Below are positions 45,748 to 58,587 of a DNA stretch of 64,000 nt, piece after piece. The notes below the pieces were generated by a model. The model did no database searches and was not told the DNA's origin. It saw only the letters and a list, made by a program, of their open reading frames with translations. The translations under genes were made by a program, and so were the position numbers. The stretch is taken from assembly GCA_905178155.1 (NCBI GenBank), contig CAJINV010000002.1, positions 6,552,476-6,616,475 on the forward strand, given 5' to 3'. Every line of letters starts with the position of its first letter. Position 1 is the first letter of the stretch. This DNA comes from Amoebophrya sp. A120 (taxonomy: Eukaryota; Protista; Dinoflagellata).

Positions 45748-46714
45748 ATTGATGAAGTTCTTCCAATGTTTCGTTTTGGCTATGTTTATGTTTTGGTCTC
45801 ACCAACAGTTTCACAAATTCAAATTGGAGTTTGAGCTCGATAGAACTCTCTTTGTATCAAGACGCTATCGCATACGCATTCGCAGTTTTAGCACCCGCCT
45901 TCCTGACGTATTAGAAATACGGTTCCACCTTCTGAAAACCAAGAAGCAGCACAGCATCCTCGACGTGTGTTTCGATTGTATATGTATGATCACTCGCAAT
46001 GAAAAAGAAATATCAATATTTGGCGCTTTGCTCCTCCAACTTTAGTTTCATTGTACATGAATGTATGAGCCCCTGATAGAAAACCAAGCGGAGATATCCT
46101 CTCCCCGCGGAGATGACTGAGTTTCGCTCTTGTACCAATCGTTTCTCACTGAAAGCAGTGTATGTTGTACCAAAAGACACTTGAAAATAGATCAATCAGT
46201 TTTGCGTTTCCGAGAAATTTGTTGCAATTGGCTCCTTGTACAAAACAGACGAAAAATAAACAGCGGAAGGTGAAACGAAGTGCTGCAGCCAGTCGGGCGA
46301 ATGCGAATATGAGATTGCATTTCCAATTTGTGAATGTCCGAGTTCCTCGGTCAGAACCAGAACAAGCCTGTTGGCCACCACGGATCACGGCTCCGCCGAC
46401 CAGAAACAAAGGCTGTTTTTTCGAGATCTACTTTTTCTTTCCACCGTCCTTGCAGAACCTTCATTGTTTCTTAACAAAGGTCGTTCTCGCTTTTGGTTTC
46501 TGTGGGTGGCCGCGATCTTTTGTGCAGACTCAGAAGATCCAGTGTAGTTTCAGCTCCAGTGTAGTCTGTGCCGTTTTTCTGTTCCTGGAAGTAGGTGAGA
46601 TCCCGGTTATTGTTCGGATCAAGATTTCTTGCTCGAATGCACAGAAGAGCTCCGCTTCGTCATTGTATTGCTGCAAATCGTATTCCAGATTATAAGACAA
46701 CCACAAGAAAAAAG

Positions 46715-47910
46715 ATGCGAGTGCGACTCCTCTCCCTCTGGCTGGGCATCCGACTCCTCCTCACAAACACCCTGTTGGACCCGCAATGCCTACTCTCAGG
46801 GTCTCACGCGATACGACTCACCTCCTATTTCAATGGCAGTTTGATGGCGGGGGGAAACGTGCCCTACCTGGCCTCCAACCGCCCCGCAAACAACTCAGCG
46901 CTAGTCTTACCGTCACATGCGGGGCCCGCGAGCAGCCAGAACAGCAGCATTTGGTTCTTCCCAAACGGTGTTTCCGGCGTTCCTGAAAGGCCGAGACCAG
47001 GAGACGCGGGGGGCTATCCGTACTCCCCATTAGGCGGGGCGCAAAGTGTTGTACCTGTCGCAGCGACGCAGCACGTAGGCTCAACTTCAACTTCACAGGA
47101 ACCGATTATGACAACCTCTTCCAGCGCCAATGTCCCGACACCATCACACCAGTCAGCACCAGGGACGAGAATAGTGAGCCCGCTGAGACAGCTGGCGAGA
47201 GGTTTGTTCTCATTTCAGGGCCAGGAGCGGAGCAGTCTTTTAGACCTTTCGCCGTTCGCGACGACGTCGAGTCGGAACAGCAGCCGGGAAGTGGCAGACC
47301 ACCAGAGCGGCGGGATATGAGAGAGCGCAACTCCCCCGCACTCTTTATTAAGTATGCAAAAAGCCAAATCCGGTCGTTCGTGCCTTTTTTGACTGCTTGC
47401 ATGACAAATTCCGGAAGCCCAAACAGCACAACTGCAAGCTTCGCAGGAAGTTGTCATGCACAGGCTCTGTGTAACTGTTCTGTAATTCGTGGGTGTAGTT
47501 CCTATTGCTGTCTACGCCCCCCTTCAGTGAGGGGGAGGGGGAGGACTTGCACACTTTCATACAGGAGTAGAGTCGTGCTGCGACACGAAGATGCGAGTAG
47601 AAGCAACGCGACTCCCGTGACAAGAAGCCAAGGGCGCCCCTGCAGTAAGCCTGATGCGCTCTTTATGGTTTGCGCTGCCGGTCTGTCGCTTGGTGTGAGT
47701 GCCATCTTGCGACTCGAATGGGGCAGCGGACGCGGTCCCGCGCAGATGTACGCCGGAGCAGTGGGAGATACGCAGAGCGCAAGCTACGACTCCGTGTGGA
47801 ACACACTGATGAATACCCCGGAGTTGCTACCCTGTTTGAAAAACGCCTGCCCGCGGTCGGCCGACTTCTCGTCATGCAAGTTTGCATGCGGAGAAAATAA
47901 AAAGAAATGA
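46715..47910 (+). CDS. Hypothetical protein with signal-peptide-like N-terminus and Cys-rich C-terminus, split by one introner
   Basis: MRVRLLSLWLGIRLLL start; removing 47316-47566 joins ORF 46595 to ORF 47317 in frame. Confidence 0.6.
47316..47561. mobile_element. TAT...ATA introner (246 bp), TSD cggga/cagga
   Basis: tatgagagagcgcaactccccc / gggggaggacttgcacactttcata; element plus 5 bp restores the frame. Confidence 0.75.
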
Positions 47911-47981
47911 AATGATTGAAAGTGTGCATGTGCCGATGTCAACATGCGAATCTCCACAACTTCTACACCTATGTATAGTAG

Positions 47982-50900
47982 TTGTCGACAATTTTTTTCC
48001 AAGAGCAGACTTCCCATGATCCTGACTCCGGCCGGGCATCGGCACGTTTTTCCACAGGACATTTTCGAGAAACCACCGCGGACAACGCGCTGGACCTGCT
48101 CCAGCTTGCGGCGGACCAGCCGTCGGAGGTTTATAGCGTGTTCTGGCAGAACGTGTACCCCTACGAGGAGATCATGGACTTTTTCATCGAAGCAGCCTAC
48201 CGAGGGTTCGCCGAGAAATTCCGGAACGACCCGAAAACCGGACTGCCCTACCACCGCCTGCTGGAATCGCTGCCCTGGAAATTTTTCCGCGAAGAGCCAG
48301 TGCCGCTGACGGGCGAGGAGTGGAGCCAGATTTACCACGCCTGGGCCAAACAAGTGCAAAGCGCGGGTGAAATGATGAACGACCAGGACGATTACTTCGA
48401 GGTCGCGGGCGATGATGCAGATCGAGAAGGCGATGCTGAACAATTGGAGCAAGATTTGGGATTAGTAGTGGGACGAGGTAAAAAGTCCTTGCCCTTGTTA
48501 CACGAAGATGGAAGCAGTTCATCGTCCCCTGGAGGTGGCGGTGGTACCATGAACGACAGCAGTGACCACGGTAGCCGCAGCTCCACCTCCTCTTCCGTTC
48601 GGGCCTCTCCCTCTCCTGCATTCGTCACCTCCAGCATCGACCGTTTGCTGATGGACAAAATGCGCGCCTCGAATGAATACACGATGATGTACTATGCCGC
48701 TTTAGCGCTGGAGCGGGAAAATTCGCAGTGTTTGAAAGAACAAGAAGATAACGTGTCGACTGCAAGTGGGGCGGTAGTTTCTGGATCCTCTGGAAAGGAA
48801 CACGAGGAAGATGATCGTCCCCTACTCCTGCGATACGCAGCGAACTATCCGCCTTCGGGTAGCGAAAATGACGGTTCTGCACCGCGGCGTCCTCCAAAGG
48901 AGCGGCAGCCGGACTACGCGTGGTACTACCTGGCAAGCAACTGGGGCGGTTCTTCAGCGCTGAAAGAAGATGTATCCGGGGAAAAAGTAGCAAGGTAGCA
49001 AGAGCGTGCAGCTACGTGTGCCTCGCGCAGCTAAAGCGATAGCGATACGTTTTGCGAAACTACTTTAATGCCTCAGAAAGTGATTCAAAGGTAGCTCGTG
49101 TTGACACTGAGCTGGAGGTTGAGCTGCATGTGTCTTAGGTATGGTCTTTTGAATTTTTTGCATTGATCAAGTGAGGGAACATTAAAATGATCCGTACCTG
49201 GCCAGTGTGGATAAAGAAGGGAGCGCGCCAGACCAGTCCCCTCTCGTGATCCGGCTTATGCATAACTTTTCTTGCAAGCTGCACGTAGCCTGAAAAGTAG
49301 AAGATGCGACGCTTTTGAAACTACTGCATATCATCCGATAAAGAACAATTTTTTTCGAGAGATGACGGAGAAGATGATAAAAAAGCACGCATTGACGAGT
49401 CCCGAGTATGACGAAGGTGCGGTTTGCCGCGGGTATAGAGGAAGGATGAGTGGCTCTGCTGCCACGACCTCCGCGGGGCCAGGTACAAGAACTGTCGAAG
49501 AAACGCCCCTGAACACAAAGAAGAAGAAGCCCTTCCTGCAAGGAGATTCCGGCCCCAGGGACCAAAACCACGACAGCGCCGCATTGCTGAAAACTACCAG
49601 CACCGACAGCTTTGCAGTTGCCAGGGCGTGGGAAGAGTTGAAAGAAAAAATCGTTGAGCAGACGCGACTTCGGTACTCGGGTCTGATTCAGGATTTGCGG
49701 TCCGAGTGGCAGTTTTGTTGCAACGTGGGCGTGACCATGGCGAATTGGTTGCTCACCCGGGGGAACTACGCCTTTCAAGCCTCGGAACAAAACTGGCGGG
49801 AGCTGCGCAGGGGCGGGTCGACTCCCAAGGGCGGGGTCCCTTTGGAAACGCAATTCCCGCTGCTGGATCTACACGCCGAGTACTTCTATGAAACCATGAA
49901 GAGAAATAGCGCTTTGTTTGACGAAGAGCGGGGAAGTAGAAGTGGAACAACACAGGGTCGTCGTGATGAAAACGGTAATATGGTACAAGTACAACCACAA
50001 ATGGATGAAGTTGCTGTGAAAACCCCCCTCGAACAGTTTATACAAGAAGTGTACTCATCGAAGAAGACGACCGATGAAGTGGATGTTGAGAGGGAAGACT
50101 TCACCGCCTTCACGGTCGTGGTCTCGTTCTACCATTTGGGAACCGGGGCCGGCAGCACCGAAAAGTTCATCGAGACCTTTCACCCGTATGAACTGCAAAA
50201 GTATCGTACTCGTATAAATGCATTACAAATTTCCTCAGCATGAGACAGGAAATTTGTAATGCAGACGTACCTTAAGAAAAAGATTGGTAATGCATGGTTG
50301 CAATACGAGTGCGATACTTTTGCACAGGATAACCTGCCGCACGCCGCAATGTCCGATTTGGATCCGATCCTGGCGGACGAAAGTAGTTGGAAAACAACTA
50401 CCGAGTCAATATTGGACGAGAACGACACCGCAGCGAAGGATGTTCTTGAACAACTCGCAAAGGAAACGAGCGGCGTTTTCGACAAGACGAAGTACCCTGA
50501 TACGCTCGTGAAATCCTGGCCCCACCTTCTCACCTTCGGCCGCGTCAAGGACCAGATTTTCCTCTTCGACCAGTCGGCCTTTCTGGGCATGCTCACCAAG
50601 CGCAAGCAAGGGGCGGACGCGGTGAACCCCACGCCCCAGGAGCTCTCGAGCGCTGCGGGGAGGGTGCCTTGGAAGTGGAGGCCGCGGTTGGTGCGGCTCT
50701 CAGACCAGGACTTTGCCGACATGTTTTTGGACGACAGTGTGAAAACATCAACATCAACTCTGCGGCAAGAAGAAGAAGAAGTTGTACGCACAGAAGGACC
50801 TCCACAGCCCGGCAGGCTCGCGAATTCGCTTTCGTCTTCATCTAGCCCGGGGAAAACGTCTTTCTCCGCCCCGGTGAATCCCTTCCTCCAAGCGCCCATA

Positions 50901-51598
50901 GGCGGTAGCGCGGCCAAGCTGGAACGGTTGTGGACGTTCCTCGCCGAAATAAACACGATGAAGAGCAGCGAGCCGAGCAGAACTACTTTCTCTGATTCTG
51001 CGTTATTTTCAGAGGAAAAAAGAACAGATGTGGAAAAAGAAATGTGGAAATTGGCCACCGAGGCAGCGTCGGAAGATTTATGCTTCAGGAAAATTTTAAT
51101 TTTTAGTGTCTTTCGACCCGTTTGCATGCCAGGAGAGAATCAAAAACTTCAATTTTTTGTCATGTGTCTGAGTAGGCCAGTGCGCTGTCGCAGCTAGTGC
51201 GTCTGTGTATGCAGACAAATCGGCTCAATAGGTACTTACATCGTATCGGTTTGTATCCGAACTGGGCGATCAAGTTTTCTTATTAATCCTCTTGTACTTG
51301 AAGTCGAAAACGAGAATGTTGATTTTCCTTGCTATACCGCGGTTATATGAAGCTCCAGGATGTGTTTGGTGTGGAGGCAAGCGCGACCGCAGTGCTTCAT
51401 GAACCCGGCGGGTCACTTGCGGAAGTGGCGAAAAATGTGAAGAAGGTGCAGCGGCTGAAGAAAGCCTGGAATAAGTTTGCCTGGAACGGTGTCGTACCCG
51501 AGAAAGCACTTGGGATCACGGGGGTTGCGCTACCCTTCATCCAGCGGATCTACAAAATACCAGTGTTGTCCTCGAATAAGAGGCGCCCAAGAAAGTGA
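47982..51598 (+). CDS. Multi-exon hypothetical protein
   Basis: ORFs 47982, 49272, 50259 and 51329 are linked by an intron near 48995-49170 and by IR inserts at 49257-49330, 50187-50331 and 51079-51336. No domain recognised. Confidence 0.55.
50187..50331. mobile_element. TAT...ATA introner (145 bp) with internal 17-bp hairpin
   Basis: tatgaactgcaaaagtatcgtactcgta / tacgagtgcgatacttttgcacaggata; TSD acccg/acctg; internal tgcattacaaatttcct (50219-50235) and aggaaatttgtaatgca (50247-50263). Same family as 63097. Confidence 0.88.
51079..51336. mobile_element. Degenerate TAT...ATA introner (258 bp)
   Basis: aggaaaat...tttcgac / gtcgaaaa...attttcct inverted match. No TSD is left, but element plus 5 (or 2) nt restores the frame. 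Confidence 0.55.
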
Positions 51599-52555
51599 CT
51601 TTTTGAAGTCCGACTCGGCGGCTTGGGTTTGCGAAAAACATTCCAGAGAATACAGTTCCATTTCCCTCAAGATTTATCCAAACAGTTTGTCTTTGTGTTT
51701 GTGTCAGTGAAGAGGAATAGAAGATGATGATTTTGTTTTCCGATTCGTTTCCACTTGACTTTCGGCTTGCCGGGACATAGAATACCTATCTGATTTCGGC
51801 CCCGCACAGGAATAGTTGCGGACGGCCGGTACGGAGAAAAAATGAAGAACGCCCTTCTCCCCTATCTGCGAAACATAATTAAGTACTTTTTTTTTGGTTT
51901 TGGCGGTAACAGCAAACTTTATTGAAATTGAGAACAAAGAATCAACAGGAACACACCTTTTGCGAAGAGGACTTCTTTTCTTGAGGGTCTTGACATGGTT
52001 TATTCTTGAGAGTACAGCAAAACCATCGATACAATCGTAAGAAGAAAAAGAAAGCCAAATTATGACGCGCAAGAGTTTTGTACTTCGATGTTCCACAGAA
52101 GAATCGTTTCGAGCAGCACAGATATCCAGGTTTGATCGGCGGCTTGCGTTGTGCATACACTCAAATAGCCTCTCGTTTCTAGCAATAGCATCTACATCGG
52201 CGTCCTGGTGGTAGTCACGTAGGAAAATTTCAAGAGCTGGTGCCTGAAGAGAGCAGGGTATGGCGATCTTCATGGTCAGCCACGGTCGTCGTGTATTTGC
52301 ATCCTGACATACTGAGAGCAGTCAGAGTGTGCGAGAGATGGATTGATCGTACTGTCGTGTCTTTGAATAAAGAACAAGCTCGAAAGGAAGCAGGGTCGTT
52401 TCGTGGTCATTTTGCAATTTTTGCGACTCGACTTCGAGTGGCATGATGAATCGCAGAAGCGAACAAGAAGTACTTATCAAAGAAGAACAAAGGCAAGAAC
52501 ACAAGGACAAGCATCAAGGAGAAGTATTATCGGGAGAAGAATATTCAAGAAAAAG

Positions 52556-53035
52556 ATGGGAATATTCTCGGCGGCGCAGTACTGCCTGAGCCACGAACAG
52601 TACCTGGGTTCGACATGTTTCGCCGACGTGGATCCGCACGGCATAGCTGGCACGACTGCTCGTGCGACTCGGGGAAGAACCTCCTTCTACGATGCGGGAC
52701 AACAAGAACGTCGGAACTACAGTTTTGCCGACGAGGTAAAAAATCCGGTCGTGCCATGGCAAGATATCAATATTCTCGGAAGTAGTAGTGGTCCTCGTCG
52801 TGCATCAACAGCTTCGAAAAACAGCACCATGGGGAAGATCATGACACTGAAGTTGACAAACCCGAAACACCACCTCTACACGAATTTCCTGACGTTCAAC
52901 AAACCTTTCATCTATCCGAGCGCACACGATGAACAGCTCGTCGGCCCTCTGCCTCATGGTCATGTGATGTCAGGCGAAAACCGCGTCGCTGCCTGTTTGT
53001 CCTTTGGCACTGTTTCTTGCAGGAAATCAAGGTAG
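52556..53035 (+). CDS. Hypothetical protein or exon
   Basis: ATG-initiated part of ORF 52403-53035 with coding-like composition; no domain recognised. Confidence 0.4.
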   Translation: MGIFSAAQYCLSHEQYLGSTCFADVDPHGIAGTTARATRGRTSFYDAGQQERRNYSFADEVKNPVVPWQDINILGSSSGPRRASTASKNSTMGKIMTLKLTNPKHHLYTNFLTFNKPFIYPSAHDEQLVGPLPHGHVMSGENRVAACLSFGTVSCRKSR

Positions 53036-53217
53036 TTTGTTGATATTCGGGACCGCAATATTTTTAAAGTAAGAGCTAGAGCACCACGTACGGTGTTGGT
53101 GTTCAGCACCGCGTGTAGAACTAGAACCGACGTTATCGAGATGCGAAAGCTCCCATGTTGGTGGTGCTTGTTCTGCTGCTGCAGAAGAGGCCAACATGAT
53201 GCAAATGAGGAAGGGGC

Positions 53218-54377
53218 GGGGATGAAGTTGTTGTGCAAGCGCATATCATCGACGCCGAGGCCAGTAATACGTACGACAGTTATCAAATGTAAAAATGTCT
53301 GGGTCTGGAAACTTGTGATGCTGGGTGGCGTATCATGAGGAAGCCATAAGTGCTGGCTCAGCATGACAAGTTTCTGAGCTTCTAGGTGTTGCCTATTCAG
53401 CATGACAAACTGCGTTTTTGCACGACAGGAAAGTGGGGCTCTTGGGTAAGTAACCTGCATGACAGGTTTAAGTGTCATGCCAGATAAGCATGACAAATCG
53501 CGCATTCTTCCAGACCCAGACATTTTTACACTTGATAACAGTGGCGCTAACCCGATGTTCGGGGCGAAGCGCGCCCTGGACCCCGGGGGCTATCCTGTGT
53601 AAAAACGTCCCCATACCAGAGTCAAATTGGGGACTTTGCAACACAAACCTTGAAGTTTTGGGAAGCACGCATGACAAATTGTAGGCTGTAGTGTAGTGCA
53701 GTTTAGCAAACAAAGCCGCATAACAAATCCATCTCCATATCCTGTTTACAGCATTACAAGTTCCAAAATACAACGGGAAATGCCTCTCATCGGGATGCGC
53801 ATTACAAACGCTCTTGTGCTTGCAGATCTGCATGACAACTCTGCGGTGGGGATGTTTTTACACAGGATAGGGGCGGCTACTGGGTCAGTGACGGGCAGCA
53901 CGGGAAGGAAGAAGTGATCAGCATCCAGGCATCCTTGAAGCACCGCCACCGAAGCAACGGCGTCAGGATCAACTGGGCCTATGCCCCGGGAATGGTAAAA
54001 ATGAAAGACCGCACATTTCTTCGTCTTCCTAGAAGATAGAGCGCACTTATTTATTCGCGTGTTATTGCGATGCAGCACCAGCACAGTCCTGCAACTTGGC
54101 TTCACTTCACTTCAGTAAAAGTTGATGACGGGAACAAGGCGAACTTGTTCAACTGATATTATTTCTCTCTGTCTATACTCAGGTCCGCGTGCGGGTTTCG
54201 TCCGACGGAAAGCATTTCTCCGACAGCGTTTGCTGGACAAAGACGACCGTGCCGGACGAAAGCTACGAGCAGGTGCTAGAGTTCGACCGTCCGCGAAACA
54301 TCATGGCGGTCCGGATTGACATGAAGCAGCCCAGATCGTACAAGTATTTCGGAATCAACCAGATGTCGTTACGCTGA
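53218..54377 (+). CDS. Discoidin (F5/8 type C)-like domain protein resembling the N-terminal domain of apicomplexan CCp/LAP proteins; not visible in the ORF track; 5' end unresolved
   Basis: Removing 53281-53542, 53591-53874 and GT-AG intron 53995-54182 gives GDEVVVQAHIIDAEASNTYDSGANPMFGAKRALDPGGGYWVSDGQHGKEEVISIQASLKHRHRSNGVRINWAYAPGMVRVRVSSDGKHFSDSVCWTK...FDRPRNIMAVRIDMKQPRSYKYFGINQMSLR. Confidence 0.75.
53281..53537. mobile_element. TAT...ATA introner (257 bp), 5-bp TSD acagt
   Basis: tatcaaatgtaaaaatgtctgggtctggaa / ttccagacccagacatttttacacttgata (29/30); acagt at 53276-53280 and 53538-53542. Confidence 0.93.
53591..53869. mobile_element. TAT...ATA introner (279 bp), 5-bp TSD ggggc
   Basis: tatcctgtgtaaaaacgtcccca / tggggatgtttttacacaggata (22/23); ggggc at 53586-53590 and 53870-53874. 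Confidence 0.93.
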
Positions 54378-55039
54378 AGGAGGTGAAAAAAGCGACCGTA
54401 TAATATTATCGATCCGGTTTTTATTTATTGCAATGAGGTGTAAGACTAAGAGTAAGGCGGTCTCAGGAGTTCTTGCCTGTAGTTGCAACCTAATCTGGTT
54501 GGTATTCTTTTGCTTGATTTTCATTTTGCCCTCCCTCGCCTTACAAGCATGCTCTGCAAGAGCTGCGCAGCAAAGAAGTGTCGCTGGTGACCGCATTCCG
54601 TTTCTTGACAGGACAAGAAGCAAGTACAATTACCTAGTGTCGAAGATAGACTTCGCTTTTGCACCAGCTGCGCCGATGACTACTGGAATTAGAGAATACA
54701 CGACAACTCCAATAAAGATGAAAAGAATCACCAGCCAGCGCTTCGCGCTTTTTCTTGCCTGCAGTGTTTGTTTGCAAGGAGCTCGGCTTTTGCTTCCAGC
54801 ACGTGAAGATGCGGGATCAGGAAAGGATTGATAAAATCTTTAAATGGACTCGGTGCAACTTCTGGCAACGCATACAGCTTTGTTCCCCAGGTTGCACTTG
54901 CATCTTTACCGGCTCGAGTTTCGGTTTCCCTTCGAGTTGTTGTGGCTTTAGTTTGCCGTCGGTGGTCTGTATCTATTTTTTCATTGTTCTTTCAAGCGAA
55001 ACCGCAGCATATTCATTTTCCGGCGGCTCCGCACCTTCA

Positions 55040-57841
55040 ATGTCCTCTCCGTATTCATCATCCCAGCTGCAAGAGCAGCAGCAAACGCCGCTACTGGTGC
55101 AGGCGGGTCATAATGCAGTAGAAGGCGCAAGTTCATCACGTGGGAGCATAAGTTTAGCGACCAAGAGCGAACAGCATCCACGAGCTGAGTCGATGACTGA
55201 AGAAGACGCGACCACCATCTTGGCCGCACCGCAGAGCCACACCTCGCCTGAAGTCCCTCCGGGGGTCGGGGTCAGCACGACAAAAAGGAACAAAATCAGC
55301 TTCACCGCGGTGGTGATTTGTATCCTGAAAGCAAACGTTGGTCCGGGGGTGTTATACTTGCCGAAAGCGTGTGCCCGCTGCGCCGCAGGTCTGGCGAGTT
55401 TTGGGTCTGGCTTGAACTTCAAGACTGGAGTTGGTACTGAAAAGAACGAGGAGCGGAGTTTCGGGGATGGTATCGGCGTGGGGCGAGGAACAAACCCTGG
55501 TGACGATGGAAGCAATTATGTTTCTCAAGGCGACGGAACGTCAACGACTAGGCTTCCGCCCTTCGTCTTTACCGGCGAGCTCTTGTTTGTCGTTATGGTG
55601 TTCGCGTTCGGGCTACTCGCAACCTTTTGCATTCTGATGCTGTTGAAGGCGAGGAGAAAGGTGCACGAAGAGATGCCTGGTCGTGGAAGCGAGAACGCTA
55701 CTGGCGACAGCGCCAAAGCACATCCAGCAACCTCAACACATTCCAGGCCACCCAACTACGATGAAATGTGGAACTTCCTGATGATAGACCACAGAGATAT
55801 CGACGGGGGCCATGCGGAAACGAGTGAGCCGGCTCGTAGTTCTGCGTCCAGTCGTCCAATTGCAGCAAATCCAACTACCCGCGACGAGCAGCGCTACTAT
55901 GGTCTACTACAGAAGGTCCTCAAACCACTGGTAATCGTTTCGATCTGCCTTTGTCAATTTGGCCTGTGCGTCACTTACTACATTGTGACCACGAATTTGC
56001 TGCGGTCCGCGCTGACAGGTCTTGGTGTTATCAGAGACGGGAACACGACGAACAACGACACCGCGGACCAGAGTGCAGCTGACGGAAGTGATATCCTTTC
56101 GTTTTTCGCTTTCATTTTTGTCATCACCACACCGTTGACGTTTATCCGTTCCGTGGCGAAATTGGCGCCGTGTGTCGTTCTCGCAGACGTAAGCATCGGG
56201 ATCGGAATTTTTGCGTTGGTCGCATTGCTAGTGAGACGGAAGGTCGCGGCGCCGCCGCAAGAACACGACGAGCTGTCTCGACAGGATGTGATGCTTCTCC
56301 AGCAACTCAAGAGCCAAGAGGTCGTAGTACCAATTCTACATCAGAGCGAGGTCCTACCACATGATCCTTGTCAGCTGTTTCCCGCCACGACCAGCAACAG
56401 TGCCACGCCAGAATCCCCCTTTCACTCAGAACAAAAGAATTCCTTCGCCGACGTTTTCATCGCGCTGGGCACCATCTGTTTCGCGTTCGAGGGGATCTGC
56501 TGTGTCATCCCCACCTACGACGCGATGAAGGACCCGGAGAGGGATTTCCCGCTTGCGGTGAAGACCGCGGTGCTGATAACCTCGTTGATCTTTGCCCTGG
56601 TTGGCACGCTGGGATACTCAGTTTTTGGCGACGGGGTGGAGGACATTGTGCTGCTGAATTTCAACGAGATGATGCGTGACAGTGGACGTGTTGCAACCTC
56701 TGGCAGAATCACAAAAACCAGTGGTGAAAACATCAGGTCTCAACATAGCCACGGCGCTAGCAGTGATGGTGGCCTTACCGCGTCTTCAGCCGGACCACTG
56801 CATGACACATACACCCACCACCACGTCGAGCAAACGGTGGTGGCTGTGATCCAGATTGCGTACTCCATCGGGATTTTGCTCACTTACCCGTTTCAAATGC
56901 TCCCGGCAGTGCAGTTGCTGGAGGAGAAGATTGCATTTTTTTGGATTGGACGGAAAATTCAACCCGCACAGGAGCATCTCGACGGCTATATCGAGGTGGT
57001 TGCGGAAGGCGGCAGCGGGGAGGAGACCAGGGAAGGAAGCGGAGCGAACGAAACTGCTGGAATACCAGCAGCGGGACAGGAAAATAAACACATCTCTCGA
57101 ACTGTTTCTAGTACGGAGAGTGCAAGAAGAACAGACCTCACCACGCCCCCGCCTGCAAATCGAAGAACTCTAGCGGCGCCGTCTTTTGGCACCAGCACCG
57201 CTTCAGTGACTGTTGAAAGGCGATCCGCATCGTCATTCCTCTCGCGCGCTAGCACCCCTGGGGAATACCTCGTGGTGCCGTTGATCGGCGGTGGAGGTCA
57301 GGAGGAGGAGATGGAAGGTGAAATCTACGACCAGTCCTCAAGCAACGCTTCCGGGTCTGCTGCGTCCTCCTCCGCGGACATACAGAATTTTGCTGGAGCA
57401 GCTGCAACTGGAGTAGAAGATCTTGAAGAGAATCCACTACGACCTCCCGCAGAGGAGACAAACACGACTTTGGAACGAGCGACCAGCCGACTAACGTCCA
57501 GAAGTTCTGGCCGCGCAGCACGCAGTAGTTCGGCTAGTCGGAGAAAAACTTTGGTGGAGAAGTTACCAAAGGCGCTTTTCCGGACGATACTATGCATTTT
57601 CTTCGCTTTTACTGCTTTCATCTTCTTCCAGCGCTTTGAAATTTTGGTTTCCTTGATTGGTTCGTTTTGCGGGGTACCTTTGGCCTTTGTGTACCCAGTT
57701 TTGCTGCACTGGAAAAGCGAAAAGGGGATGAGAAGTAGCATGACAGTTTCGGAGGGAGCGATTTTGGCAGTGGGGATTTTCAATTTTGCGGTGGTGTCCT
57801 GGATCAATTTGGAAAAGATGATCGACTCGTTTTTGCGTTGA
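55040..57841 (+). CDS. Amino acid transporter, AAAP/SLC36-like (Aa_trans) family, with long hydrophilic loop insertions
   Basis: ILKANVGPGVLYLPKA, CQFGLCVTYYIV, FAFEGICCVIPTYDAMKDP, LLTYPFQMLPA and LVSLIGSFCGVPLAFVYP; multiple transmembrane segments. Confidence 0.88.
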   Translation: MSSPYSSSQLQEQQQTPLLVQAGHNAVEGASSSRGSISLATKSEQHPRAESMTEEDATTILAAPQSHTSPEVPPGVGVSTTKRNKISFTAVVICILKANVGPGVLYLPKACARCAAGLASFGSGLNFKTGVGTEKNEERSFGDGIGVGRGTNPGDDGSNYVSQGDGTSTTRLPPFVFTGELLFVVMVFAFGLLATFCILMLLKARRKVHEEMPGRGSENATGDSAKAHPATSTHSRPPNYDEMWNFLMIDHRDIDGGHAETSEPARSSASSRPIAANPTTRDEQRYYGLLQKVLKPLVIVSICLCQFGLCVTYYIVTTNLLRSALTGLGVIRDGNTTNNDTADQSAADGSDILSFFAFIFVITTPLTFIRSVAKLAPCVVLADVSIGIGIFALVALLVRRKVAAPPQEHDELSRQDVMLLQQLKSQEVVVPILHQSEVLPHDPCQLFPATTSNSATPESPFHSEQKNSFADVFIALGTICFAFEGICCVIPTYDAMKDPERDFPLAVKTAVLITSLIFALVGTLGYSVFGDGVEDIVLLNFNEMMRDSGRVATSGRITKTSGENIRSQHSHGASSDGGLTASSAGPLHDTYTHHHVEQTVVAVIQIAYSIGILLTYPFQMLPAVQLLEEKIAFFWIGRKIQPAQEHLDGYIEVVAEGGSGEETREGSGANETAGIPAAGQENKHISRTVSSTESARRTDLTTPPPANRRTLAAPSFGTSTASVTVERRSASSFLSRASTPGEYLVVPLIGGGGQEEEMEGEIYDQSSSNASGSAASSSADIQNFAGAAATGVEDLEENPLRPPAEETNTTLERATSRLTSRSSGRAARSSSASRRKTLVEKLPKALFRTILCIFFAFTAFIFFQRFEILVSLIGSFCGVPLAFVYPVLLHWKSEKGMRSSMTVSEGAILAVGIFNFAVVSWINLEKMIDSFLR

Positions 57842-58587
57842 GAATACAGTTGTAGAAAACGCTCCCTCGCACAGTAGCGCATTACTGACTAGTTTGCAGA
57901 ACACCTTTCTCTCGTCGAAAAGAAGCGCGGACGCGAGCTAGTTTTGTTGTGTTTTCGCCAAGCGAGAGATATCGCAGTGAACTTCGGTTGTACAACTGCT
58001 CAAATAGCGTCTTGAGTTTCGGTTTCGCTATCGGTATGCGCGCCGTCGCGTCAAGAAGATCGAATCGGTCATGCTTCTGCAGCGACTTGCATGTTCGGTT
58101 TTTACAGCAGATACAGAGTACTTATCTCGAAGAAATAAAGCAGGCTTGGCCACTGAACCTAGTGCGCCTGCTGAGCGTGTGTTTGTCTGTTGTAATTAAG
58201 TAGTAATTTTTCCAAAAGGCGTTTCAGCTTTCCTTTCGTCTCAAGATATTCTGGACTCGGTGAACAGAGCCCCCCCAGAGTATTGTGTGTACTTTTGGAA
58301 CTGCAACTGCTGTCTACTGCTCTGCTTCGACAATAGCGCTCACTAAAGAGTAACGCGAATACAATTCACTTACTATCTAGAGGATAATCAAAGTCCTCAA
58401 ACCCACACCTTGAATTGAATTTCTACTTTTTGTGCGTCCTAGTCCTGCCGCGCAAAAAAACCTAGAATTTCCTGTTGATAGGTAAGGGTCTTCTTCTTCA
58501 GCGTGCGACAGCATTCGAATCCATTCTACTGCAAGTGGAATTTTCTGTATAAGTTTAAGTGCTCATCGTCGTCCCCTACTTTATACA

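Noticed and set aside
49257-49330. 74-bp tatgca...tgcata insert as a member of the 5-bp-TSD set
   Set aside because: Probably an intron, but it has no direct repeat and the frame is restored by removing the element alone, so it does not follow the rule.
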